Part shown: positions 34,764 through 43,114 of the stretch, piece by piece
How the letters are laid out: every line of letters begins with the position of its first letter
Numbering within the stretch: the stretch's first letter is position 1
Assembly: GCA_038121585.1 (NCBI GenBank)
Contig: JAYONY010000001.1
Location: forward strand, 117,940 to 181,939
Source: an archaeon
Lineage (GTDB): Archaea; Nanobdellota; Nanobdellia; Pacearchaeales; GW2011-AR1
Direction of reading: 5' to 3'
Length of the DNA stretch: 64,000 nucleotides
Notes under the pieces: model-generated
Databases searched by the model: none
Told to the model about the DNA's origin: nothing
What the model saw: the letters and a program-made list of their open reading frames with translations, nothing else
Position numbers and translations under genes: made by a program

Positions 34764-36269
34764 CTAAAAGCCATATAATGCCTTGTACTTTTTAGTCAAG
34801 TACGAAACAAAAATGGTTGGATTAAGTCCTTGCCCAGTTGCTTTCTTTATTACCTGTTCTGCTTCAAATCGAGAACCGTGTTTGTGTACATGTTCTTTAA
34901 GCCAAGTACCTATACGTCCGTACGTTCCTTTTGCTATTGCTGAATCAACACCCGAATATTGTTTTTTCAAAGCATCATAGAGCTGTGCAGCGTACATTGT
35001 TCCGATTGCATAGGTTGGAAAATACCCCACAGCACCCATTGACCAATGTACATCTTGCAAAACTCCTTCGACATCATCGCGAGGTTCCCGCCCAAAAAAT
35101 TCCTTACTTTTAGCATTCCATACACGTGGTAAGTCAGTAACATCAAGGCTCCCTTCAATGAGCGCTTTCTCAAGTTCATATCGTAAAATAATATGTAGAC
35201 AATAATGGACTTCATCACTCATTACCCTATTCTGTCCTGGCTCAACAAAGTTTACTTCACTATACCATTGGTCAAGTGTCCCTTTAAGCTTAAATTCGTG
35301 AGCGAATTTTGGATAATAAAATTTCCAAAAGGGTTTTCCTTTACCTACCATGTTTTCCCAGAACCGAGATTGTGATTCGTGCAAACCAAGTGATGGTGAA
35401 CCGTCAAGTACTGTGTACGCTAGTTTTTCTGGCATTCCAGCCTCATATAATGCATGTCCCGCTTCGTGAATTGCTGCGATAAACGCGAACAATCCAAAGT
35501 CACGATATGATGTGGTGAATCGAATGTCACCTTGCCCTACACGAATGGTAAAAGGATGTTCGCTCTGATCAATACGAGCAAAGGATTCTGCTAACCCCAT
35601 TCTACGAGCTACTCCTTCAACGAATGCTTGCTGTTTTTTCTGATCAAATCGTCGTGCAGTTAGCTTTCGTTTTTGTTGTTTATAGCGAGGTGTTGCTTCT
35701 ATTTTTTTGAGCAGTTCTACAAGCTCATATTTGAGTTTATCAAATATGGGAGTGAGTTTTTCAACAGTCATTCCTTCCTCAAAACCGTCAAGTAAACTAT
35801 TATATGGATGACCTGGTAATCCAATGTACTTCGCGTACGCTCGTTTAAGTTCAATTATTTCTTGTAAGTGCGGTGCAAAAATACGAAAATCATTTTGCGC
35901 ACGAGCTTTTCGCCATGCAGGCCCTGCACGCATATGCGCTTCTGATGCCTTACGTACATGTTCTACAGGTATTTTCCTCGATTGCATACTATCCTTATAT
36001 AATCGTGCTATCATTCGTTTATCATCACCCTTGAGTGTTGTAGCATGAAGCCGTTTCACTGCAGAAAATAATTTGGGCGAAGTCATTCGTTCGTGTCCAA
36101 GTTGACTTATAAGCCCTGATTGTGCTGCTCGTGCAGAAACACCATCAGCCGTAAGATTAACTTCCTGATCCCATCCAAGTAGAGCATTTGCTTGACCGAG
36201 CAATGTCATTTCTCGTTGCTGTTCACGAACAAATGCTAAGTCCTCTTTTGTAGTTGGTTTTTGTACCAT
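34764..36269 (-). CDS. Carboxypeptidase Taq-like (M32 family)
   Basis: 'HEAGHALYE', 'HESQSRFWEN' and 'DVHW'. Confidence 0.9.
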   Translation of the reverse strand: MVQKPTTKEDLAFVREQQREMTLLGQANALLGWDQEVNLTADGVSARAAQSGLISQLGHERMTSPKLFSAVKRLHATTLKGDDKRMIARLYKDSMQSRKIPVEHVRKASEAHMRAGPAWRKARAQNDFRIFAPHLQEIIELKRAYAKYIGLPGHPYNSLLDGFEEGMTVEKLTPIFDKLKYELVELLKKIEATPRYKQQKRKLTARRFDQKKQQAFVEGVARRMGLAESFARIDQSEHPFTIRVGQGDIRFTTSYRDFGLFAFIAAIHEAGHALYEAGMPEKLAYTVLDGSPSLGLHESQSRFWENMVGKGKPFWKFYYPKFAHEFKLKGTLDQWYSEVNFVEPGQNRVMSDEVHYCLHIILRYELEKALIEGSLDVTDLPRVWNAKSKEFFGREPRDDVEGVLQDVHWSMGAVGYFPTYAIGTMYAAQLYDALKKQYSGVDSAIAKGTYGRIGTWLKEHVHKHGSRFEAEQVIKKATGQGLNPTIFVSYLTKKYKALYGF

Positions 36270-36329
36270 TGTTGCTTTACTAAAAAAGAAATCTTCTTAA
36301 GTATTATGGTATAATGTAACTTTAGAAAT

Positions 36330-36351
36330 ATAAAAAAATGGGCCCGCAGGG
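36330..36351. repeat. 22-nt direct repeat copy A (ATAAAAAAATGGGCCCGCAGGG)
   Basis: Identical to 36435-36456. It equals the last 13 nt of tRNA-Arg plus its T-rich terminator, read on the minus strand. Confidence 0.9.
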
Positions 36352-36427
36352 TCAACGCCACACTACCGTGTTGCGGGAGCCTCACTTTTCATTCAGAAAA
36401 AAGTGCGGCAATCGAAACTGTTCGATT
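36343..36427 (-). other. Structured ~85-nt segment between the repeats (three hairpins); possible small RNA or att remnant
   Basis: Read on the minus strand: AATCGAA-CAGT-TTCGATT (36410-36427), CACTTTT-9 nt-AAAAGTG (36383-36405) and CCCGCA-23 nt-TGCGGG (36343-36377). CCCA and a T-run follow. Confidence 0.3.
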
Positions 36428-36434
36428 CAAGAAA

Positions 36435-36456
36435 ATAAAAAAATGGGCCCGCAGGG
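36435..36456. repeat. 22-nt direct repeat copy B (overlaps the tRNA-Arg 3' end and its terminator)
   Basis: Identical to 36330-36351. Confidence 0.9.
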
Positions 36457-36515
36457 AATCGAACCCCGGTCCTCAGGTCCGAAGCCTGATATTCTATCCA
36501 CTAAACTACAGGCCC
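36444..36515 (-). tRNA. tRNA-Arg (UCG), intron-less
   Basis: Hand-folded as GGGCCTG-TA-GTTT-AGTGGATA-GAAT-A-TCAGG-CTTCGGA-CCTGA-GGAC-CGGGG-TTCGATT-CCCTG-CGGGCCC-A. It is followed by TTTTTTTATTTTC. Confidence 0.85.
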
Positions 36516-36540
36516 ATTACAAAAGGATGTTGATTCACCC

Positions 36541-36548
36541 TTTTAAAA
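36541..36548 (-). promoter_or_regulatory. TATA box (TTTTAAAA) for tRNA-Arg
   Basis: The box ends 26 nt upstream of the tRNA 5' end at 36515. Confidence 0.45.
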
Positions 36549-36565
36549 GCCTTGCTTTCAAATAA

Positions 36566-37852
36566 TTATGTGCTTCCTTGTCCGCAATCGAGAAAATTAC
36601 AGATATGCCCTGTATGAGCAAATCCTTTAGCAGACACTTTCTTCGCAGCACTATCTAATATCTCAAGCCCTCTATCAAGGTCTTGTGTATCAACTATGTA
36701 AGGAGGAATAACGCGAATACTTTTTTCTCCAGCCCCAAGCACGAGCAATCCTTGCTTTACACTTTCAATAATAACATTATCACGTATTGCACTATTCTCA
36801 CAATCATACGCCACCATGAGTCCACGACCACGAATGTTTGTTGCCCCATGAACTGACTGCAAGGCCTTCATAGCATATCTGCCATTGCGCGTATTACGCG
36901 ACAATAGTTTATCGCGCTTAATGACCTCAATCGTACGAATTCCCATGGCAAGATCAAGCAGATGCCCTCCCCCCCAGGTTGAGGAAATAGCGCCTGGTTT
37001 TTCAGGGAAATAGTTCTTATTTGCAATTGTCGCTCCGACCTGGAGCGCTTTTGCTGATGAAAACACATCCGGCTGCACCCCATAATGTTGAAAGGCCCAC
37101 CATTTTCCAGTGCGCCCCATACCTGATTGCACCTCATCACAAATCATTGGCACCGCATGCTTCGTAGTTATACGACGAATGTCTTTGACGAGTTTGTCAG
37201 GCGCGATGCGATATCCGCCTTCTCCTTGGAAGCATTCCATATACACAAAACCAAGTTTTGCAGCTCCATACTTTTCAATATATTGCTCAAGCACTGCTCC
37301 ACCCGTTTCATCATACTGCACATGCAAATGTGGCAATCGCAAATACCCGTCAGTCTGAATTCGTTTAGAATTCGTTAATGATAATGCACCGAGTGTTCGT
37401 CCATGAAATGCTTTTTGCATTGAAATAACATACTTTGTTTGGGGCCGTTTACGCATTGCAATTTTCATTGCGTTCTCGACTGCTTCTGCCCCTGAATTAA
37501 TTAAGAACGCTGCATTCATCCCTTTCGGAGTAACGCTGGTAAGCCGTTCGAGCAAATCAAGATGTTCTTTCACAATAAAGTCCTGTCCTGCATATTTTAC
37601 AGGGGTTCGACCAACATATTTACGAGTAACGTTAATGAGTTCTGGATGATTATACCCTAACGGGTTTGATGCTATTTGAGACGCAAAGTCAAGAAACGTG
37701 TTACCATCAATGTCAGTAGCATACGCGCCGTTACCTTTCCCAGAAAATACTAATGGGTGCGGTACCCCCCAACCACCATTTTTTTTCTCTAGTTTCGTAA
37801 GTATTGCTGAAGATTTCGGTCCAGGTATTCTCGTTCTAATTCGTGGCTTCAT
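36566..37852 (-). CDS. Class III (omega-amino acid type) PLP aminotransferase
   Basis: 'DEVQSGMGRTGKWWAFQHYGVQPDVFSSAKAL' carries the PLP lysine, and 'NSGAEAVENAMK' is present. Its ATG overlaps the GDH stop by 4 nt. Confidence 0.85.
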   Translation of the reverse strand: MKPRIRTRIPGPKSSAILTKLEKKNGGWGVPHPLVFSGKGNGAYATDIDGNTFLDFASQIASNPLGYNHPELINVTRKYVGRTPVKYAGQDFIVKEHLDLLERLTSVTPKGMNAAFLINSGAEAVENAMKIAMRKRPQTKYVISMQKAFHGRTLGALSLTNSKRIQTDGYLRLPHLHVQYDETGGAVLEQYIEKYGAAKLGFVYMECFQGEGGYRIAPDKLVKDIRRITTKHAVPMICDEVQSGMGRTGKWWAFQHYGVQPDVFSSAKALQVGATIANKNYFPEKPGAISSTWGGGHLLDLAMGIRTIEVIKRDKLLSRNTRNGRYAMKALQSVHGATNIRGRGLMVAYDCENSAIRDNVIIESVKQGLLVLGAGEKSIRVIPPYIVDTQDLDRGLEILDSAAKKVSAKGFAHTGHICNFLDCGQGST

Positions 37853-38955
37853 ACTTTACACACCTTGCAATGCTGACGAACGCGCTTTTCAGCGATTTCT
37901 TGAGCAACGGTGCGAGGAGTGCATTTTTGTTTGCGTGCACTGTCAAGGACGAGTTTAGTATTCTTCGTTATTTTTTGTTCAACAAGTTTCCACATTTGTT
38001 TTTCGTTTTTACCAACAAATTCTGCATAACTTGAAATGACCCCACCTGCGTTAGCAACAAAGTCTGGTACAACAAGTACTCCTTTTCGATGCAGTGCTTT
38101 TTCTACATCGTGCGTCATCGGAATATTACTCCCTTCAATTACGATTTTATTCGGGAGTGTATCAACATTACTAATTTTTACAAGGTCAGGCACTGCTGCA
38201 GTTATGAGCACATCTGCTTGTTGATGTAATATGCGCCTGCTCGGTTGTACTTTAACGCCTGGATAGGCAGTTACCGTTCCATTGTCTTTTTTAACTTGTG
38301 CAAGTGTTGCAAAGTCAAGCCCGTCTTTGTGATGAATAACACCTCGTGAATCACTTACTGAGACGAGTCGCGCCCCTGCTTCAGTCAAGTATTTTGCTGC
38401 AAACCAACCAACATTACCAAAACCTTCTACAGCAAAGGTAACATTTTTCACATTTAACTTCATTTGTTTCAGTGCAACGAGTGTTGCGTGATATACCCCA
38501 AATCCCGTACTCCCGAGTTCGTGTGGCAACCCACCTTGTTTTTTTGACTTACCAGTTGCAGCTTTACGATTACGTACTTCTGAAACAAACCATGCTATTT
38601 CTTGCTCGGCCATATTCATATCCGGCGCTGCAACATATTCCTTAACTAAGACTTCTTTGAGCGATTCAGCAAATGCTCGTACGATAGCTTCTTTTTTTGC
38701 TGCACTAATTTCTCGATCGTCAGCGATAATACCTGATTTTGCCCCACCAAAGGGCAAATCCGCGAGCGCATTTTTCCACGTCATTGCCCGCGCAAGTTTT
38801 GCAACTTCTTCTTTTGAAACGGTTGGCGTCATCCGAATACCGCCTTTGCCTGGCCCTCGTGCGGTAGAATCAATAACTACAAACCCTCGCATACCAACTG
38901 CAGGGTTATACACCTCAAGTACTTTTTCAGGTCCGAATTCGTCGTAGTCAATCAT
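37849..38955 (-). CDS. Glu/Leu/Phe/Val dehydrogenase family (short glutamate dehydrogenase-like)
   Basis: 'GPGKGGIRM' and 'LPFGGAKSGI', with a Rossmann motif 'VEGFGNVG'. Confidence 0.85.
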   Translation of the reverse strand: MIDYDEFGPEKVLEVYNPAVGMRGFVVIDSTARGPGKGGIRMTPTVSKEEVAKLARAMTWKNALADLPFGGAKSGIIADDREISAAKKEAIVRAFAESLKEVLVKEYVAAPDMNMAEQEIAWFVSEVRNRKAATGKSKKQGGLPHELGSTGFGVYHATLVALKQMKLNVKNVTFAVEGFGNVGWFAAKYLTEAGARLVSVSDSRGVIHHKDGLDFATLAQVKKDNGTVTAYPGVKVQPSRRILHQQADVLITAAVPDLVKISNVDTLPNKIVIEGSNIPMTHDVEKALHRKGVLVVPDFVANAGGVISSYAEFVGKNEKQMWKLVEQKITKNTKLVLDSARKQKCTPRTVAQEIAEKRVRQHCKVCKV

Positions 38956-39006
38956 TGTTCACCTCTGCTCTGATGAATGCTGTGGAGATTAAAAAGTTTT
39001 GCCAGT

Positions 39007-39894
39007 CTACTCTGCTCGTTTATGCCTGCCTTGCTGCTTGAGCCGGGAACTATGCACTTCTAAGTACACGCCAGCAATAATGAGAAGTGCGCCCCCAATA
39101 ACTACACGTAATTGAACTGCCTCCCCAAGAAAAATGATTGCGAGAATGATTGCTACGAGCGGTGTTACAATTGTTTTCATAAGTGATGTTGTTTCTGCCT
39201 CGAGTTTTTGCATTGAGAGATTATAATAGAGGTATGCGAGTCCAGTGGAGAATAGCCCGAGCGGTACAAGAAAAATCCCTATTTCAGACATATAGTCAAA
39301 GCCCCATCCAAAAATAAAGGGGAAGGGAAGGAGCAATACACTTGCGAAGAAAAAGAACCACATTACGTCCCCAATAGTGTGTGTTCTATCAGCTTGTCGC
39401 ATTCCCACCATGAGGATGCTGTAAAAGAATGCGCTTGCAAGTGCGAGTGAATTTCCTAGCCCATTATGACTTTCAAAACTAAAAGGGTTTATGATTGCGA
39501 TTCCCACTATTGCGATAAGGAGTGTAATGATTTTTGTAGACGTTATTTTTTCTTTTAGGAAGAAGTATCCTAGTACAAATACAAAGAATGGTGCGAGGTG
39601 GTTGAGAAACACTACATTCTGAACTGGTGCAAATAAGAATGCGGTCGTGTATAAGGACATCGCAATTGCCATTACGAGCCCTATCATAAAGTACCCCCCA
39701 GCATCTTGTTTTGTGAGTTTAAACGTTTTTTTATCGAGGAGCGGAACAACTGCGAGTAAGAAGAGAAACGCAAAGAATATACGATAAAAATTCAGAGTCA
39801 TGTAATGAATTCCCGTACCTGAAAGTTTGGTTAGCACTCCAATAGTGCCGCTCAATACAGTTGCTAGTAAGACGTATACAAAAAATCGATTCAT
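39007..39894 (-). CDS. EamA/DMT-family transporter
   Basis: About 10 hydrophobic helices with a two-fold EamA-like architecture. Confidence 0.7.
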   Translation of the reverse strand: MNRFFVYVLLATVLSGTIGVLTKLSGTGIHYMTLNFYRIFFAFLFLLAVVPLLDKKTFKLTKQDAGGYFMIGLVMAIAMSLYTTAFLFAPVQNVVFLNHLAPFFVFVLGYFFLKEKITSTKIITLLIAIVGIAIINPFSFESHNGLGNSLALASAFFYSILMVGMRQADRTHTIGDVMWFFFFASVLLLPFPFIFGWGFDYMSEIGIFLVPLGLFSTGLAYLYYNLSMQKLEAETTSLMKTIVTPLVAIILAIIFLGEAVQLRVVIGGALLIIAGVYLEVHSSRLKQQGRHKRAE

Positions 39895-39947
39895 TTATTC
39901 ACCTCTCGTAAATGTACAGAGTGTATGAGAATTATAAGTATTGCTAC

Positions 39948-40754
39948 TTAGGAATAGATAGCGTTCATGCCCGCAATATCACCTGCTGCAAGGGTTCGTG
40001 CGTACGTTTCCCCTTCTGCCCCATACCCGTACATGGTTGCTTCAATGCAATCTGCAGTGTATAAATCATCAAGCCCCGCGCTATGCCCAAACTCATGTGT
40101 TGCAATGCTTTGATAATCCATAACAGTTGGGTCAATAGTTGCATCACCCCAATTATAGTCTGCTTGGTCAAAAATAGTATCGTATTCAATAATCTCTCGT
40201 GCGAATGGTGGCCCTGAGAATACACCCCATACAATTGTGACCCCGATAGCCCCTGGTGAATCAATACTACCGAAAAATACTTCGTTTTTACCATCAGGAC
40301 TTGCCATGTCTGCCCCATCAACTACTGCACCAAGGTTTTCAGGACCAAATACGTCAAATGCCACGGTAGCATCCCAGGTTGCAAAGCTTGTTGCGGTAGC
40401 GCTTCGTACGAACGCATCACTCATGCCTTCAGTATTCGTTGTGTCAAGTACGTATGGTTCAGTTACTTTCCATGCAACGCCGTTTCCAAATAGGTCATAG
40501 CACGAGCTGGTTGCATCCCCACCACCATTATTTGAAGGTCCACCATTGTGATTTGCACGGTGATGATAGACGATTCGTCGTTCTACAACTTTTCCACTAG
40601 CACCATCATACGCTATTCGATTGCCCGCTAGGTCAAGTGCGCTAGCTGCGCGATCATAGCCGGGTGGTATTGCAAACGGGGCATTACCAACTGCTATAAC
40701 AAATGAACTTACAAGAAGTATGCTTGCAAGGATTGTAATAACACTCTTTTGCAT
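39948..40754 (-). CDS. Secreted metzincin-type zinc protease (HExxHxxGxxD variant)
   Basis: Signal peptide 'MQKSVITILASILLVSSFVIAVG', zinc motif 'THEFGHSAGLDDLY' and a Met-turn-like 'EATMYGYG' downstream. Confidence 0.65.
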   Translation of the reverse strand: MQKSVITILASILLVSSFVIAVGNAPFAIPPGYDRAASALDLAGNRIAYDGASGKVVERRIVYHHRANHNGGPSNNGGGDATSSCYDLFGNGVAWKVTEPYVLDTTNTEGMSDAFVRSATATSFATWDATVAFDVFGPENLGAVVDGADMASPDGKNEVFFGSIDSPGAIGVTIVWGVFSGPPFAREIIEYDTIFDQADYNWGDATIDPTVMDYQSIATHEFGHSAGLDDLYTADCIEATMYGYGAEGETYARTLAAGDIAGMNAIYS

Positions 40755-40790
40755 ACATCACATACCAATCACTTCTTTTTATAGATTACG

Positions 40791-41135
40791 TTAGTCTAAC
40801 GAATCAAGGTACGTTTGTATATCTTCCACACATTTTTCAGTGTATTCGTCCCGTAATGCTTGTTGTACATGATTTGCTTCAGTAAGATTCATTGATGCAA
40901 GTAACGGATACATCTTTCCATAGACTGGCCGATGCGCTCCAATAAAAAAGGTTAGTCTGCTCGGACTCATAAACGCTGTACGCTGCAGTTTTTGTTGGTA
41001 GTTGTTGAAAGCTTCCTCATCAGTAAGAATATATTCGTATGACTCATCTGAAGAACCAGCCCGTATCTCAGTAACAAGCCCTGGTGGCAAAGCTAGTGTT
41101 GATACCAATGCATCTAATCGTTGTTTATTTACCAT
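40791..41135 (-). CDS. Hypothetical protein
   Basis: A 114-aa ORF. No motif recognised. Confidence 0.45.
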   Translation of the reverse strand: MVNKQRLDALVSTLALPPGLVTEIRAGSSDESYEYILTDEEAFNNYQQKLQRTAFMSPSRLTFFIGAHRPVYGKMYPLLASMNLTEANHVQQALRDEYTEKCVEDIQTYLDSLD

Positions 41136-41155
41136 ATAAAAGTAGTAAAATATGA

Positions 41156-41605
41156 CTATTTAAGGTTTTTTGTCGTCGAGAAACGCGGTTTTGTAATGTC
41201 AACTTTAGTAGAACGAGAAAGGAGTCCAATTAGAATTTGCAACGCCCCAATACCAAACAGAATTCCTAAGATTCCAAGGACAATATACAAAGCTAATCGA
41301 GCAGGTAAATCATCAAGTGTAAAAAGTTCAAAACGATTTGCAAGAGTATAAATCCCCGCTACAATAGCACACAAGAATATCGCCATAACAGTTAAACGAG
41401 AGCCACTACGCAAATGTGCATTTTCCTTACCATTTAAAATAATGAGTACATGAATCGCTCCGTACACTATAACCCCAATGACTAAGTATGAAAAATTAAA
41501 TTCTACCGGTCGCTCAATAACATTAAACCAAGAGTACAAAAAGCCAATAACAAAAAGAAGCGAAACAAAGCTCAGCATGCGCTGCGAAGAAGGAAGAATT
41601 TTCAT
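41156..41605 (-). CDS. Hypothetical 4-TM membrane protein
   Basis: Four hydrophobic helices. Its start is 3 nt after the ALDH stop. Confidence 0.5.
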   Translation of the reverse strand: MKILPSSQRMLSFVSLLFVIGFLYSWFNVIERPVEFNFSYLVIGVIVYGAIHVLIILNGKENAHLRSGSRLTVMAIFLCAIVAGIYTLANRFELFTLDDLPARLALYIVLGILGILFGIGALQILIGLLSRSTKVDITKPRFSTTKNLK

Positions 41606-41608
41606 ACG

Positions 41609-43069
41609 TTAATCTCCAGTATCAATTTGCGCTTTTTGTAATTTACCTGAATAGTCTATATACACTGTTTTGGTTTCTGAAAATTCATTGATTGCTTCAA
41701 TACCACCTTCGCGAGTTCCATTACCCGTGCCTTTCATCCCACCGAACGGCAAGTGCACTTCTGAGCCAATCGTTGAACTGTTAACATACGTCAATCCTGT
41801 TTGCAGCATTTCTATTGCTCGGAATGCGTAGTGCATGTTCTCAGTGTAAATCGCTGATGATAACCCATATTCCACATCGTTTGCTACGTCAATTGCTTCG
41901 TTGAAATGTTTAACGGGGATAATTGATAGGACTGGTCCGAAGATTTCTTCTTGGCAAATACGCATGTTCCGTTTACAATCAGTGAAAATTACGGGCGTGT
42001 GGAAGTACCCCGCTCCCTTTTTACGGCTTCCTTTAAGCAGCAGTTTTGCACCTTCATTCTGACCGATATGCACATACTTCTCTACTTTTTCTAAGGCTTT
42101 TTCATTAATGAGCGGACCGATATCGTGATTCATTCCATTACCAACCGTCATTTTCTTAGTTCGTTTCAGGAGTTTTTGTTCGAGTTGTTTCTGTACTTTC
42201 TTGTGCACGATAACGCGTGAGGTTGCAGTGCATCGCTGACCAGTAGTGCCAAATGCTCCGAAGAGTATCCCGTCAACTGCTAAGTCGAGGTTTGCATCAT
42301 CCATCACAATTATCACGTTTTTACCCCCAAGCTCAAGCCCTGTTTTCTTAATACCTGCGTGGCGCAAAATCCATTCACCCGTATTTTTAGAACCCGTAAA
42401 TGAGAGCCCGTGAATGCGTTTGTCAGTTACGATTGCTTCTCCAACGTCGCCTGCACTACCGGTGACCATGTTAAAGACCCCTGGTGGAACCCCTGCTTCA
42501 TGGAGAAGTTTGGTAAATTCAACTGCTGCGAGTGGAATGTCCGAGCTCGGTTTGAATACAACAGTGTTACCGCAGATTAGGGCAGGTGCTGTTTTCCATG
42601 ATGGAATAGCAAATGGGAAGTTCCACGGGGTAATAAGCCCCATAACCCCGATTGGAACTCGAATAGTATATGCTGCTTTGTTAGGCAACTCTGATTTTGT
42701 CGTGTGACCGTACATTCTCCGGCCTTCACCGGCGGTGAGTTCAAACATGTCAATTGCTTCTTGCACGTCACCGCGCCCTTCCGCAATGACTTTCCCCATT
42801 TCTTGCGTGACGATTTTTGCGAGTCGTTCTTTATTCTTTTTGAGAAGTTCAACAACCTTCCACAAGATTTTAGCACGTGCTGGTGCTGGTGTGTCGCGCC
42901 ACGCAGGAAATGCTTTTTCTGCAGCAGCTATTGCTATAGCAACATCATTCTTTGTTCCTTTCGCGAATTTTGCGATTGGTTTTCCTGTTGCAGGGTTTAC
43001 ACTCACGAATGATTCTTTAGTATCTGAAGCCACCCATTTTCCGTTGATATAGTTCTTGTACGTCTGCAT
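41609..43069 (-). CDS. NAD(P)-dependent aldehyde dehydrogenase
   Basis: 'FTGSKNTGEWI', 'LELGGKN' and 'GQRCTATSR' (catalytic Cys). Confidence 0.9.
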   Translation of the reverse strand: MQTYKNYINGKWVASDTKESFVSVNPATGKPIAKFAKGTKNDVAIAIAAAEKAFPAWRDTPAPARAKILWKVVELLKKNKERLAKIVTQEMGKVIAEGRGDVQEAIDMFELTAGEGRRMYGHTTKSELPNKAAYTIRVPIGVMGLITPWNFPFAIPSWKTAPALICGNTVVFKPSSDIPLAAVEFTKLLHEAGVPPGVFNMVTGSAGDVGEAIVTDKRIHGLSFTGSKNTGEWILRHAGIKKTGLELGGKNVIIVMDDANLDLAVDGILFGAFGTTGQRCTATSRVIVHKKVQKQLEQKLLKRTKKMTVGNGMNHDIGPLINEKALEKVEKYVHIGQNEGAKLLLKGSRKKGAGYFHTPVIFTDCKRNMRICQEEIFGPVLSIIPVKHFNEAIDVANDVEYGLSSAIYTENMHYAFRAIEMLQTGLTYVNSSTIGSEVHLPFGGMKGTGNGTREGGIEAINEFSETKTVYIDYSGKLQKAQIDTGD

Positions 43070-43114
43070 CTCTCTTCTTCCCTAACGCTCTGAAGTAGTT
43101 GATGCATAAAAAGC

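Noticed and set aside
36339-36430. A possible second (or split/permuted) tRNA gene downstream of tRNA-Arg.
   Set aside because: Only the last 13 nt match a tRNA (T-stem 3' strand plus acceptor 3' strand). I could not build a D arm, anticodon arm or T loop, and there is no complementary 5' acceptor strand. It is reported as a repeat/structured segment instead.
36338-36565. A 75-aa plus-strand ORF.
   Set aside because: It runs across tRNA-Arg, its duplicated 3' end and its promoter. This is an artefact of the tRNA region.
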